NCBI GenBank assembly: GCA_017397175.1
Contig: JAFQKA010000025.1
Location: 7,501 to 71,500, forward strand
Direction of reading: 5' to 3'
Source: Clostridia bacterium
GTDB taxonomy: Bacteria; Bacillota; Clostridia; Oscillospirales; CAG-272
DNA: 64,000 nt
The notes beneath the pieces are model-generated. The model was not told the origin of the DNA, did no database searches, and saw only the letters and a list, made by a program, of their open reading frames with translations. The number at the start of each line of letters is the position of its first letter. Position 1 is the first letter of the stretch. This document shows, one piece after another, positions 47,166 through 57,982 of this stretch. The position numbers and the translations under genes were made by a program.

Positions 47166-50100
47166 AATCACTTGAATTGCAGGGCTTTAAGTCCTTTCCC
47201 GATAAAACAAAACTGACTTTCGAGCGAGGTGCTACGGTCATCGTAGGACCTAACGGAAGCGGAAAATCGAATATTTCGGATGCCATGAGATGGGTTCTGG
47301 GTGAGCTTTCCTCAAAAAATCTGCGAGGCAGTAAGATGGAGGATATCATCTTCGGCGGCGCGGACAGCAGAAAGCCTATGGGTTATGCCGAGGTCTGCGT
47401 GACCTTTGACAACACCGACCCCGAGGGCAGACTTGACTGCCCTTACGATGAGGTCAGCGTTACCCGCCGCTATTACAGAGCAGGTGAAAGTGAATATTTC
47501 ATTAACCGCCAACCCGTTCGTCTCAAGGATATTTACGAGCTTTTCATGAACACGGGTATCGGCCGTGACGGATATTCGATTATCGGTCAGGGTAAGATAG
47601 CCGAGATAATTTCCCGAAAGAGCGATGAGAGAAGAAGTATCTTCGAGGACGCGTCCGGTATCGCCAAGTACCGCCACAGAAAAAGCGAGGCAGAGAGAAA
47701 GCTGGCGGCTACCGAGGACAATATGCTCCGAATCAACGATATTCTTTCCGAGCTTGAAGGTCGTGTAGGCCCTCTTGAAAAGGAGTCTGCCAAGGCAAGA
47801 AAGTATCTTGACCTTTACGAGACCAAGAAAAAAGCGGACGTTCAGCTCTGGCTCTTTGATACCGAGCGCTTGCGCGGTGAAGTGCAGGAGGCGGAAAATG
47901 CCTGTCGTCTCAGTTCTATCGAGCTTCAGAACGTGGACGACACCATAACCGCGCTGGAAGTGCAGAACGAAAAGCTTTTTGAGGCTTCCCAGTCCAACAA
48001 ATTGGAGTCCGAGCAGCTTCTTGATAAGATCCGCGTGCAGACTGCGGAAAATCACGACTACGACAGCAACTATAAGGTCGGCGAGAGCAATATTCTCCAC
48101 ATCGGAGAGATGATCCTGACCGCGGAGCAGTCTATCGAGGCGTCGAAGCAGTCTATTGAGTCGTCAAACGCCGAGATAGAGACAAAGAAGGCGCATATCG
48201 TTGCCCTTGAGGGAGAGATCGAGGAGATAAAGCGTCTGCAGGCAGAAAAAACTGCCGAGCAGGGCAAGTGCGCGCAGGACGAAAAAGTTCTTGAAGAAAA
48301 GATCGCGCAGGCACTTGAGGATCTGCGTGCCCTTGAGGCCGAGCGCACCGACGTGCGCGTTCGCATTTCGGTCATTGAAAACGCAAAGAACAGCGAGAGC
48401 GGCAACAGCTCTTCTATTTCCGAGGAGATCGAGGCATATAAGAAGACCTCTGCCGACCTTGAAAAGAAATACGCAAACGCAAAGGACGGCGCAGATAAAT
48501 ATCAAGCGGAGATCGACCGCTACAAGTCTGAGAGCGAATCTTCCCATGCAAAACTCGCAGAGCTTCAGGCAAAGCGCTCGGGCGATATGGCAAAGTTCAA
48601 TCATCTTAGCGCGACCTGCGATTCGCTTTCACAGCGCATTGAAGCTTTGCACCGAATGGAAGAACATTTTGAGGGGTACAGCAACTCGGTACGGTTTGTC
48701 ATGAAGCAGTACGGCGAGGGAAGGATAACCACCCGCTCAGGCGCTGCCTGCGGTACTATCTACGGCCCTTTATCAAAGCTCATTTCGGTTGATTCTCAGT
48801 ATATCACCGCTATTGAGACCGCGCTTGGAGCAAATCTTCAGAATATCGTGGTCGAGGACGAGGAGACTGCAAAGAACGCAATGTTTGCTCTCAAGAGCGC
48901 AAACGCGGGCCGTGCCACCTTCTATCCTCTGACGTCAATGAAGGCGTCCTCTCAGAGCACCGAGGTTCAGGGCGCGTCAAAGTTCCGTGGCTACGTTGGC
49001 ACTGCCGACAGCCTTATCAAGTGCGACGGTAAGTTCAAAAACGTAATTTCCTCCGTGCTTGGCAGAACGGTCATTTTCGACAATATCGACAACGCTTCCG
49101 CCATGGCAAAGGCGCAGGGATATAAAGTCAGAACCGTCACCCTTGACGGTCAGCAGATAAACCAGGGCGGTTCCTTTACCGGCGGTTCGGCAAAGCGGGA
49201 CAGCGGTATGCTTTCACGGTCCGGTGAGATAGAAAAGCTCAAAAATGAGCTTGCTTCTGCCGAAAAGGATAAAGCACAGCTTGAAAAGGCTCTTTCTGAG
49301 CTTGATAAAAAGATCTCCGACGCGGAAAACACCGTGTTTGACATGGGTGAGAAGATCAAGCTCATGAGCACCATGATGAACGCCGAGGCTGTTAATTGCG
49401 ACCGCATTTCGGCACAGCTTGAGGCAAATAACGCTCTTATTGAAAAGCTTCGCCGTGATTTTGAGGCTCTCGACGAAATGAGCCGCCGTTACGACGAGGA
49501 TATCGCCGCTCTTACTGCAAGGGAAAAGGAGCTTGATACTCAGATCATCGAGATCTCCGAGTACCGTTCCGACCGCGAGGTCGAGCGCAACGCTCTGTCC
49601 GACCGCAGGACGGCTCTGGGCGAGGAGCTGATAGACCTTTATATCAAGATCAGCGATACTCAAAAGGATATTGAGATCGAGCAAACTCTGCTTTCGGGTG
49701 TTGCCGAGCGCATTTCCTCCGTGACGGAGAGTATCACGGCGACCCTTGAAAAGATCGAGGAATACAAAAAGACCCGTAAAATTTACGAGGCTCAGCAGAC
49801 GGAAAACCGCGAAATGGCAAAGTCGGGCGAGGACAAGCTGGCACAGCTCAACGCACTCCGAAACGAGCGCGAGGAGGGTGGATTTGAGTTTGAACGCCGC
49901 CTGAATGAAATAAGAGGTAAGATCCGCGATAAGATGAACGAAAAAGAGCTGATCTACCGTAATCACACCGCCAACGAGACCAAGCTTGAAAAGCTCCGCG
50001 ACGAAAGCGACAAGCTGTCCTCCCACCTGTGGGACGAATACGAACTTACCCGCGCGGCGGCAGTTGAGCTTGATTATCCCGCGCTTACAAAGGAAGATCG

Positions 50101-50794
50101 AGGAGCAACCGTACAGATCCAGACCGAGTGCAGAAACAAATTGCGCGCACTTGGCTCTGTAAACGTAGGTGCTATCGAGGAATATGCCGAGGTCAAGACC
50201 AGATACGATTACATGACGGGTCAGATAAAGGATCTGACCGATGCAAAGAATGAGCTGACAAAGATCATAAATCAGCTTGAGGGCGAGATGAAGACCTCCT
50301 TTATCGAGTCCTTCAATGCTATAAACGAGAACTTCAACAAGACCTTCTCCGAGCTGTTCGGAGGCGGTACGGCAGAGCTTCAGCTCACAGATCCCGAGGA
50401 CGTTCTTACCAGCGGAATCGAGATCAAGGCGGCGCCTCCCGGCAAGATCATCAAGAGCCTGATGCAGCTCAGCGGCGGCGAGCAGTCCTTTGTTGCCATC
50501 GCTCTGTTCTTTGCAATTCTGAAGGTCAACCCCACGGCGTTCTGTATTCTCGACGAGATCGAGGCGGCGCTGGACGAGGTCAACGTATCCAGATTCGGTG
50601 AATACATAAAACGCTACTGCGGTGAAACTCAGTTCATTCTGATCACCCACCGCCGAGGCACAATGGAGGTGGCGGACCGCCTTTACGGCGTGACCATGCC
50701 CGAGCACGGAATTTCCAAGGTGCTCAGCCTCAATGTGGCAGACATCAGCAAGACGGAAGGAGACGATTGGGATGGGATTTTTAGACAAGCTTAA
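47156..50794 (+). CDS. smc: chromosome partition protein SMC
   Basis: 1212 aa. GTG start. GPNGSGKSN, long coiled coils, a hinge, LSGGEQS and ILDEIEAALD. Confidence 0.97.
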   Translation: MYLKSLELQGFKSFPDKTKLTFERGATVIVGPNGSGKSNISDAMRWVLGELSSKNLRGSKMEDIIFGGADSRKPMGYAEVCVTFDNTDPEGRLDCPYDEVSVTRRYYRAGESEYFINRQPVRLKDIYELFMNTGIGRDGYSIIGQGKIAEIISRKSDERRSIFEDASGIAKYRHRKSEAERKLAATEDNMLRINDILSELEGRVGPLEKESAKARKYLDLYETKKKADVQLWLFDTERLRGEVQEAENACRLSSIELQNVDDTITALEVQNEKLFEASQSNKLESEQLLDKIRVQTAENHDYDSNYKVGESNILHIGEMILTAEQSIEASKQSIESSNAEIETKKAHIVALEGEIEEIKRLQAEKTAEQGKCAQDEKVLEEKIAQALEDLRALEAERTDVRVRISVIENAKNSESGNSSSISEEIEAYKKTSADLEKKYANAKDGADKYQAEIDRYKSESESSHAKLAELQAKRSGDMAKFNHLSATCDSLSQRIEALHRMEEHFEGYSNSVRFVMKQYGEGRITTRSGAACGTIYGPLSKLISVDSQYITAIETALGANLQNIVVEDEETAKNAMFALKSANAGRATFYPLTSMKASSQSTEVQGASKFRGYVGTADSLIKCDGKFKNVISSVLGRTVIFDNIDNASAMAKAQGYKVRTVTLDGQQINQGGSFTGGSAKRDSGMLSRSGEIEKLKNELASAEKDKAQLEKALSELDKKISDAENTVFDMGEKIKLMSTMMNAEAVNCDRISAQLEANNALIEKLRRDFEALDEMSRRYDEDIAALTAREKELDTQIIEISEYRSDREVERNALSDRRTALGEELIDLYIKISDTQKDIEIEQTLLSGVAERISSVTESITATLEKIEEYKKTRKIYEAQQTENREMAKSGEDKLAQLNALRNEREEGGFEFERRLNEIRGKIRDKMNEKELIYRNHTANETKLEKLRDESDKLSSHLWDEYELTRAAAVELDYPALTKEDRGATVQIQTECRNKLRALGSVNVGAIEEYAEVKTRYDYMTGQIKDLTDAKNELTKIINQLEGEMKTSFIESFNAINENFNKTFSELFGGGTAELQLTDPEDVLTSGIEIKAAPPGKIIKSLMQLSGGEQSFVAIALFFAILKVNPTAFCILDEIEAALDEVNVSRFGEYIKRYCGETQFILITHRRGTMEVADRLYGVTMPEHGISKVLSLNVADISKTEGDDWDGIFRQA

Positions 50795-51677
50795 AGCAGG
50801 CCTGGCAAAGACGAAGGACGGCCTTTTGGGACAAATAAAGAACGTCGTAAAAAGCTTTACTCGCGTAGACGAGGATATGCTTGAGGAGCTGGAGGAGCTT
50901 CTTATCTGCGCGGATATCGGAGTCAATTCCACCGAGCAGATAATTGAGGAGCTTCGTGACAGAATAAAGGAAAACCGCCTGTCCGAGCAGGAGGACGTAA
51001 TGGCAGCCCTCCGCGAGATAATCGAGGGTATGATAGGTCAGGGTGAGCCACTAAAGCTCGATACGAAGCCCTCCGTTATTCTCGTCATCGGAGTTAACGG
51101 CGCGGGCAAGACCACTTCTATCGGAAAGATATCAAATATTCTGCGTAGTCAGGGTAAAAAAGTCGTGGTTGCGGCGGCGGATACTTTTCGCGCGGCGGCT
51201 ATTGAGCAGCTTGGTGTATGGTGCAGCAGAAGCGGAGTGGACATGGTAAAGCAGAGCGAAGGCTCCGACCCCGCGGCAGTAGTTTACGACGCTATCAACT
51301 ATACAAAAAGCAAGGGCGCGGACGTGCTTATCGTTGACACAGCGGGCAGACTTCACAACAAGAAGAACCTGATGGACGAGCTGTCAAAGATCAATCGTGT
51401 TATTGATCGCGAGCTGCCCGGCGCGGATCGCGAAAACCTGCTTGTACTTGATGCCACAACGGGTCAGAACGCAGTTCTGCAGGCAAAGGAATTCAAAAAT
51501 TCCGCAGCTCTTACGGGATTGATCTTAAATAAGCTTGACGGCACCGCAAAGGGCGGTATAATCATTTCCATCAAGCAGGAGCTTGGGGTTCCGGTCAAGT
51601 TTATAGGTGTTGGCGAGAAGATCGACGATATGCAGGTCTTTGATGCAGACGAATTTACAAAGGCACTTTTTGAATGA
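50772..51677 (+). CDS. ftsY: signal recognition particle receptor FtsY
   Basis: Trimmed to MGFLDKLK (AAGGAG upstream). GVNGAGKTT, DTAGR and LNKLDG. Confidence 0.95.
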   Translation: MGFLDKLKAGLAKTKDGLLGQIKNVVKSFTRVDEDMLEELEELLICADIGVNSTEQIIEELRDRIKENRLSEQEDVMAALREIIEGMIGQGEPLKLDTKPSVILVIGVNGAGKTTSIGKISNILRSQGKKVVVAAADTFRAAAIEQLGVWCSRSGVDMVKQSEGSDPAAVVYDAINYTKSKGADVLIVDTAGRLHNKKNLMDELSKINRVIDRELPGADRENLLVLDATTGQNAVLQAKEFKNSAALTGLILNKLDGTAKGGIIISIKQELGVPVKFIGVGEKIDDMQVFDADEFTKALFE

Positions 51678-51678
51678 T

Positions 51679-52284
51679 ATGAAGATCGTACTTGCATCAA
51701 ACAACAAACACAAAATTCAGGAGCTTCAGTCGATACTTGCGAGAGAGCTTGGAGACGGACTTGAGATCTTGTCCCTTTCGGATATCGGCTTTGAGGGCGA
51801 TATTATCGAGGACGGATCGACCTTCGAGGAAAACGCCATGATAAAGGCAAGAGCGGTTTCGGCGCTGGGCTACATCGGTGTTGGTGACGATTCCGGACTT
51901 TCCGTGGACGCACTCGACGGTGCCCCGGGAATATATTCCGCTCGGTATGCCGGTGACCACGATGATGCCAAGAACAACGCAAAGCTTCTGCGTGAAATGG
52001 AAAATATAACCGACCGCGGAGGCGCATTTGTGTGCGCCATTGCCTGTTCTTTCCCCGAGGGTTCGGGCAAGGAAGATTTTTGTGTGCGCGGCGAGGCGAG
52101 AGGGGTCATTGCACGCGAGGAGAGCGGCGAGGGCGGCTTCGGATATGATCCGCTGTTCTACGTTCCCGCTTTCGATAAGACCTTTGCGCAAATGAGTGCC
52201 GAGGAGAAAAATTCTATCAGCCACCGCGGTGCGGCGCTTTCAAAATTCGCCCAAAAGATCAAAGAAATTTACGGAGACAAATAA
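51679..52284 (+). CDS. rdgB: non-canonical purine NTP pyrophosphatase RdgB/HAM1
   Basis: MKIVLASNNKHKIQEL, DDSGLSVDALDGAPGIYSARY and FGYDPLF. Confidence 0.9.
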   Translation: MKIVLASNNKHKIQELQSILARELGDGLEILSLSDIGFEGDIIEDGSTFEENAMIKARAVSALGYIGVGDDSGLSVDALDGAPGIYSARYAGDHDDAKNNAKLLREMENITDRGGAFVCAIACSFPEGSGKEDFCVRGEARGVIAREESGEGGFGYDPLFYVPAFDKTFAQMSAEEKNSISHRGAALSKFAQKIKEIYGDK

Positions 52285-52572
52285 ATGCTTAGCAGTAAAC
52301 AGAGAGCCACGCTTCGAAGCATGGCAAACGGTATAGACACCATCATGCAGGTAGGCAAGGACGGTGTCACCGATAACCTTATCACCACCATCGACGATGC
52401 GCTTGAGGCAAGAGAGCTTATAAAGCTCAAGGTCCTTGACAACAGCGCAGAAACCCCGCGATCTGCAGCAGAATCACTGGCGCAGGCTACGGGCGCGGAC
52501 GTCGTTTGCACGGTGGGCACAAAATTCGTGCTCTACCGCGAATCTAAGAAAAAGAAGAAGATCATCATTTGA
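52285..52572 (+). CDS. yhbY: YhbY/CRS1 family RNA-binding protein
   Basis: 95 aa. LSSKQRATLRSMANGIDTIMQVGKDGVTDN...ELIKLKV. Confidence 0.85.
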   Translation: MLSSKQRATLRSMANGIDTIMQVGKDGVTDNLITTIDDALEARELIKLKVLDNSAETPRSAAESLAQATGADVVCTVGTKFVLYRESKKKKKIII

Positions 52573-52592
52573 AAAAATCGGGAGGGCAGAGC

Positions 52593-53201
52593 ATGAAGAT
52601 CGGAATTTACGGCGGGACTTTTTCACCCGTGCATTGCGGTCACTTGCTTGCCGCCCGTGAGTTTGTTCGGGGAACGGAGCTTGATAAGCTTTTGATAATC
52701 CCTGCGGCACAGCCACCTCACAAGGAGATGCAGACGCCTGTGTCCGCAGATGACAGACTTGAGATGTGCCGACTTGCCTTTGAGGGCGTGGAAAACGTAG
52801 AAATTTCGGACATAGAAATTTCGAGAGGCGGTAAGAGCTATACGGTGGACACGGTGACAGCACTCAAGGAAAAATACCCCGACGACGAGCTTTTTTTGCT
52901 TGTCGGCACGGATATGCTGCTCACCTTTGACCGCTGGTACAGATACACCGACATTTTGAGCCTTTGCAACCTTGTTTTTGTCCGACGGGAGACGGATAGC
53001 GAGCTTGACGGCGAAATTTTCGAGAAAATTTCATTTTTAGAGAAACAAACGGGCAGAAAAATCCGTCATATTAAGATAGACCCTGTGGAAATTTCTTCAA
53101 GTGAGCTTCGCCAAATGCTGCAGGACGGCGAGGACACGGAAAATTACCTTCCCGAAAAGGTTAAGAATTTCATAAAAGAAAAGGGTATCTACACAAAATA
53201 A
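52593..53201 (+). CDS. nadD: nicotinate-nucleotide adenylyltransferase
   Basis: MKIGIYGGTFSPVHCGH and ISSSELR. Confidence 0.92.
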   Translation: MKIGIYGGTFSPVHCGHLLAAREFVRGTELDKLLIIPAAQPPHKEMQTPVSADDRLEMCRLAFEGVENVEISDIEISRGGKSYTVDTVTALKEKYPDDELFLLVGTDMLLTFDRWYRYTDILSLCNLVFVRRETDSELDGEIFEKISFLEKQTGRKIRHIKIDPVEISSSELRQMLQDGEDTENYLPEKVKNFIKEKGIYTK

Positions 53202-53209
53202 CGGAGAAA

Positions 53210-53839
53210 ATGATGTTTGACGAGAAAAAGATCGATGACTTGCGTCAAAGGCTGGCGGGCGAGATGTCGGAGTTCCGATTTCGCCACACTTTGGGCGTCG
53301 AAAAGGAAGCGGTGCGGTTGGGCGAGCTTTATGCGCCCGATAAGATCCCTCTTTTGAGAGCGGCAGCACTTCTTCACGATATTACAAAAGAAAATACTTT
53401 TGAAAAACAGTTGCAATTATGCGATGAACTTGGTATAATGTTAAAAGGTTCCGAAAAATCGTCCCCCAAAACGCTTCATGCGATCACGGGCGCGGCGGTA
53501 ATCGAGAGGGACTTCCCCGAATTTGCCGATCCCGAGCTTGTGAGCGCCGTCCGTTGGCATACCACGGGCAAGGAGAACATGAGCATTTGCGATAAGATCA
53601 TTTACCTTGCCGACTACATCGAGGAAAACAGAAAATTCGAGGACTGCGTCAGCCTGCGACAGTATTTCTGGCAGGAAGATATTTGTAAAATGGCGAGACC
53701 TGACAGATTGGCGCACCTGTCCCGCACGTTGGTTATCTCCTTTGATATGACTATCCGCTCACTTGAGAAGGAAGGCGCGACTATTGACGAAAACACCACG
53801 AAAGCAAGATTGTATTTAGTTCGGAATATTCCGCAGTAA
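53210..53839 (+). CDS. yqeK: HD-domain bis(5'-nucleosyl)-tetraphosphatase YqeK
   Basis: RFRHTLGVEKEA and LLHDITKE. It follows nadD as in B. subtilis. Confidence 0.85.
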   Translation: MMFDEKKIDDLRQRLAGEMSEFRFRHTLGVEKEAVRLGELYAPDKIPLLRAAALLHDITKENTFEKQLQLCDELGIMLKGSEKSSPKTLHAITGAAVIERDFPEFADPELVSAVRWHTTGKENMSICDKIIYLADYIEENRKFEDCVSLRQYFWQEDICKMARPDRLAHLSRTLVISFDMTIRSLEKEGATIDENTTKARLYLVRNIPQ

Positions 53840-53867
53840 AAGCTGCTGAGAGGTTTAAAATATAGAA

Positions 53868-55028
53868 ATGAACACAGAAATGAGAGTTCGCCGCCCAAAG
53901 GAAAAGAAACGCTCCGAGGGCGCGTTAATAGTACTTATAATAGCAATCTTTACGCTGATCGCCGTGGCCTTTGGCATCTGGATGATCGCGCGTAATTTTA
54001 ATCCCGCACAGCCCGTGGTCGATGAGGAGCTTCCCATAGCGGATACTCTTACAGACACGGATAACGACGGTAACACCGTGGTCGTACCCGTAGAAAAGGA
54101 TCTTTACGTGCGCCGCGAGGGTGTATATAACTTCCTGCTTGTGGGATATGATAAGGCGGCAGGGTTGACCGACGTTAACATGATCGCCCAGTTCGACGTG
54201 AATACGGGTAAGGTCAGCATAGTTCAGCTTCCCCGTGACACATATGCCAGATATAACGAGAACGGCAGATATAAAAAGATAAACGGTGCGTTCGGGTACT
54301 TTAAAAGAGACCTTGGGGAGTTGGCAAATTATTTCGAGGAGACCCTTTGTATCAAGATCGACTTTTATGCATCTATCGATCTGGCGGCATTCAGAAACAT
54401 CGTGGATATAATCGGAGGCGTGCCTATGTACGTTCCCCGTGATATGGAATATGACGACCCCGAGCAGGATCTTTACATTAACCTCAAAGAGGGCTTTCAG
54501 ACCCTGAACGGCGAGCAGGCAGAGCAGTTTGTCCGTTTCCGCAAGGGATATATTCAGGCGGATATCGGCAGAACCAATGCTCAGAAGATATTCATGACGG
54601 CATTCGTCAAGCAATTCAAGGCAAAGGTGGGCGTCTCGACCCTTACGCAGATCGGCGGACAGATGCTCAAATACGCAAAGACCAATATGACCCTGAACGA
54701 TTTCGTGTATTTTGCCAAGGCGGCTCTTTCGATCGATCTCGACAGTATGAGTATGCTCACCATTCCCGGTCAGAATATTCGGGAACATAAGACCAGCGGA
54801 ACGTGGTATTACGTTCTCAGTCATGATGCTACTCTCGAGATCGTCAATGAATATCTGAACGTTTACGGCAAGGATATTACCCCCGAAATGTTCGACAGCA
54901 AGCTGTCCTTGACCAATCCCGAGGCGGAATATATGGTCGAGATATACAATTCACCCGCCGACGTTGACGTTTACAACGGAGGCTCGGTTGATGAAAACGG
55001 AATTTATATTCCTCCAACAAAGTCTTAA
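53868..55028 (+). CDS. LCP (LytR-CpsA-Psr) family protein
   Basis: N-terminal TM anchor. NFLLVGYDKAAGLTDVNMIAQF, VQLPRDTY and QAEQFVRFRKG. Confidence 0.85.
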   Translation: MNTEMRVRRPKEKKRSEGALIVLIIAIFTLIAVAFGIWMIARNFNPAQPVVDEELPIADTLTDTDNDGNTVVVPVEKDLYVRREGVYNFLLVGYDKAAGLTDVNMIAQFDVNTGKVSIVQLPRDTYARYNENGRYKKINGAFGYFKRDLGELANYFEETLCIKIDFYASIDLAAFRNIVDIIGGVPMYVPRDMEYDDPEQDLYINLKEGFQTLNGEQAEQFVRFRKGYIQADIGRTNAQKIFMTAFVKQFKAKVGVSTLTQIGGQMLKYAKTNMTLNDFVYFAKAALSIDLDSMSMLTIPGQNIREHKTSGTWYYVLSHDATLEIVNEYLNVYGKDITPEMFDSKLSLTNPEAEYMVEIYNSPADVDVYNGGSVDENGIYIPPTKS

Positions 55029-55038
55029 GGAGAAAAGT

Positions 55039-55425
55039 ATGGAAGAAATTTTTAAAATCGGAGATCTCAGCGGAGCCGAGCCGGAGGCTGTGGCACAGGC
55101 GGCGGCAACCGTTCTCGATAATAAAAAGGGAATTGACGTCAAGGTAATTCCCGTGGCATCGAAAATTGATATAGTAGACTATTTTGTGGTCTGCTCGGGT
55201 ACCTCGAACACTCACATCAAAGCATTGGCGGACGAGGTGGAATATCAGCTCTGTGAGGCGGGCTTAAAGCTCAAATCCTATGAGGGCAGGGGAAACAACA
55301 CCTGGATCCTGGTGGATTTCGGTGAGGTGGTCATTCACGTTTTCAGCCGTGAGGCAAGAGAATTTTACAATATCGAAAAGCTCTACCGCGAGGCGAGCGC
55401 ACCTGTATCTGAGCAGGCAGAATAA
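55039..55425 (+). CDS. rsfS: ribosome silencing factor RsfS
   Basis: Trimmed to the ATG at 55039 after AAGGAG. DYFVVCSGTSNTHIKA and WILVDFGEVVIHVF. Confidence 0.9.
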   Translation: MEEIFKIGDLSGAEPEAVAQAAATVLDNKKGIDVKVIPVASKIDIVDYFVVCSGTSNTHIKALADEVEYQLCEAGLKLKSYEGRGNNTWILVDFGEVVIHVFSREAREFYNIEKLYREASAPVSEQAE

Positions 55426-55457
55426 AAGTTAATTACTTCATTGAAAGGCATATCATT

Positions 55458-57860
55458 ATGAAATACGATTTCAAAACAATTGAAGAAAAATGGCAAAAAA
55501 AGTGGGAAGAAGCGAAGATCTTTGAGGCGCAGGATAAGTCCGACAAGCCCAAGTTTTACGCGCTTGTAGAATTTCCTTATCCCTCGGGCGCAGGTATGCA
55601 CGTAGGCCACATCAAGGCTTATTCGGGACTTGAGGTCGTTTCCCGCAAGAGAAGAATGCAGGGCTATAACGTCCTTTTCCCCATTGGCTTTGACGCTTAC
55701 GGTCTGCCTACCGAGAACACCGCTATAAAGACGGGCGTTCACCCCAGAATCGTAACCGACAGAAATATTGAAAAGTTCACTTCACAGCTTAAAAAGGTAG
55801 GCTTCTCCTTCGACTGGACCCGCGTTATCGACACCACCGAGGAGGATTACTACAAGTGGACCCAGTACATCTTTTTGAAGATGTTCGAGAACGGACTTGT
55901 TTTCCGTGACAATGCGCTTGTAAACTATTGCCCTTCCTGTAAGGTGGTCCTTTCAAATGAGGACTCTCAGGGCGGCAAGTGCGATATCTGTCACAGCGAC
56001 ATCGTTCAGAAGTCCAAGGACGTTTGGTATCTCCGTATAACAAAATACGCAGACAAGCTCCTTGAGGGACTTGAGGGCGTGGATTATCTGCCTAACGTTC
56101 GTCAGCAGCAGATCAACTGGATCGGTAAGAGCACGGGTGCTTTCGTGAATTTCTCTATTACGGGAATGGACGAAAAGCTCCGCATTTACACAACACGTTG
56201 CGACACGCTCTACGGTGTTACCTTCATGGTAATTGCTCCCGAGCATCCCATTATCGAAAAGCTTTCCGATAAGATAACAAATATGGACGCACTTGAGGCT
56301 TACAAGGCAGAGTGTGCAAAGAAGACCGAGTTTGAGAGAACTCAGCTTGTAAAGGATAAGACGGGCGTTCGCATTGAGGGTATCACCGCGACCAACCCCA
56401 TTACAGGCAAGGAGATCCCGATCTTTATCGCCGACTACGTAATGATGGGCTACGGTACGGGCGCTATTATGGCCGTTCCCGCACACGACGAGCGTGACTA
56501 TGACTTCGCAAAGACCTTTGGTCTTGATATTATCCCCGTAATCGAGGGTGGAAATATTGACGAGGCGGCATATACAGGCGACGGAAACATGATCAATTCC
56601 GGTTTCCTCAACGGCCTGACCAACAAGAAGGATTCTATTGCAAAAATGATCGCTTACCTTGAAGAGCAGGGCATCGGTGAGGAAGGCGTTCAGTACAAGA
56701 TGAAGGACTGGGCATTCAACCGCCAGAGATACTGGGGCGAGCCTATCCCGATCGTTCATTGTCCCGATTGCGGTATCGTTCCCGTTCCCTATGACGAGCT
56801 TCCTCTGGTTCTTCCAGAGGTCAAGGAATTTGAACCCGGCACAGACGGCGAAAGCCCTCTTGCAAAGATCGAAAGTTTTGTTAACTGCACCTGCCCCAAG
56901 TGCGGCAAGGCGGCAAGACGTGAGACCGATACGATGCCTCAGTGGGCAGGCTCCTCCTGGTACTTCCTGCGCTATATCGATCCCAAGTGCGATCATGCTA
57001 TCGCCGATATGGACAAGATGAAGTACTGGCTCCCCGTTGACTGGTACAACGGCGGTATGGAGCACGTTACCCGCCATATGATCTATTCAAGATTTTGGCA
57101 TAAGTTCCTCTACGACATCGGTGAAGTACCTACCTCCGAGCCTTACGCAAAGAGAACCGCACAGGGTCTTATTCTCGGTCCCGACGGTGTAAAGATGTCC
57201 AAGTCCCGCGGAAACGTAATCGACCCCAACGACGTAGCAAACGAGGTCGGTGCGGACACTCTGCGTACCTATATTCTCTTTATGGGTGAATACGGAAGTG
57301 CTGCTCCCTGGTCCGAGACCAGCGTTAAGGGATGTAAGCGATTCCTCGAAAAGATCGTTGATTTCAGCGAAATGGCAAAGGGCAACGGTGTAACTCCCGC
57401 TCTTGAATCCGCTATTCACAAGACAATAAAGAAAGTTACAAACGACATCGAGGAGCTGAAGTTCAATACGGCTATTGCGGCTCTTATGTCTCTGGCAAAC
57501 GATATTTCCGCGGCAGGCACGCTTACGATTGAAGAGTATAAGACGGTTCTGAAGTTGCTCTGTCCCATCGCTCCTCATATTTGTGAGGAAATGTGGGAAT
57601 CAGTTGGCGGCGAAGGCTTCTGCTCAATGGCTGCGTGGCCCGAATACTGCGAGGAAAAGACGATCGATTCCTCTGTTGAGATCGCGGTTCAGGTAAACGG
57701 TAAGCTCCGCGCTACTATCATGCTTCCTCGCGATATGGCAAAGGAAGACGCTATCGCGGCGGCAAAGGCTGACGAAAAGGTAAAACCCTTCGTGGAAGGC
57801 AAAACAATAATTAAGGAAATCGCCGTTCCCAACAAGATAGTCAATATCGTAGTAAAATAA
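55458..57860 (+). CDS. leuS: leucine-tRNA ligase
   Basis: 800 aa. HVGH (HIGH) and VKMSKS (KMSKS) motifs. Confidence 0.98.
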   Translation: MKYDFKTIEEKWQKKWEEAKIFEAQDKSDKPKFYALVEFPYPSGAGMHVGHIKAYSGLEVVSRKRRMQGYNVLFPIGFDAYGLPTENTAIKTGVHPRIVTDRNIEKFTSQLKKVGFSFDWTRVIDTTEEDYYKWTQYIFLKMFENGLVFRDNALVNYCPSCKVVLSNEDSQGGKCDICHSDIVQKSKDVWYLRITKYADKLLEGLEGVDYLPNVRQQQINWIGKSTGAFVNFSITGMDEKLRIYTTRCDTLYGVTFMVIAPEHPIIEKLSDKITNMDALEAYKAECAKKTEFERTQLVKDKTGVRIEGITATNPITGKEIPIFIADYVMMGYGTGAIMAVPAHDERDYDFAKTFGLDIIPVIEGGNIDEAAYTGDGNMINSGFLNGLTNKKDSIAKMIAYLEEQGIGEEGVQYKMKDWAFNRQRYWGEPIPIVHCPDCGIVPVPYDELPLVLPEVKEFEPGTDGESPLAKIESFVNCTCPKCGKAARRETDTMPQWAGSSWYFLRYIDPKCDHAIADMDKMKYWLPVDWYNGGMEHVTRHMIYSRFWHKFLYDIGEVPTSEPYAKRTAQGLILGPDGVKMSKSRGNVIDPNDVANEVGADTLRTYILFMGEYGSAAPWSETSVKGCKRFLEKIVDFSEMAKGNGVTPALESAIHKTIKKVTNDIEELKFNTAIAALMSLANDISAAGTLTIEEYKTVLKLLCPIAPHICEEMWESVGGEGFCSMAAWPEYCEEKTIDSSVEIAVQVNGKLRATIMLPRDMAKEDAIAAAKADEKVKPFVEGKTIIKEIAVPNKIVNIVVK

Positions 57861-57904
57861 ATCCCGAAAAAACGGCAAAAAATAAAAATATTTTCAAATA
57901 AGTA

Positions 57905-57933
57905 TTGACAATTTGCCCTGTTCGGTGTATAAT
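57905..57933 (+). promoter_or_regulatory. sigma-A promoter of rpsU
   Basis: TTGACA, a 17-nt spacer, then TATAAT. Confidence 0.6.
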
Positions 57934-57982
57934 ATCAAAAGAAATTTCATTCTCTTGCAATAGCGGAGGGGGGGAAACAGTA

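Noticed and set aside
49214-50932. 572-aa ORF on the minus strand
   Set aside because: It is antisense to the smc coiled-coil region and the start of ftsY. The open frame is a by-product of the GAG/CTT/AAG-rich coding strand, and I see no motifs or start signals.
53925-57077. Long antisense ORFs 53925-54824 (299 aa) and 55953-57077 (374 aa)
   Set aside because: They lie opposite the well-supported LCP and leuS genes. They are shadow ORFs.
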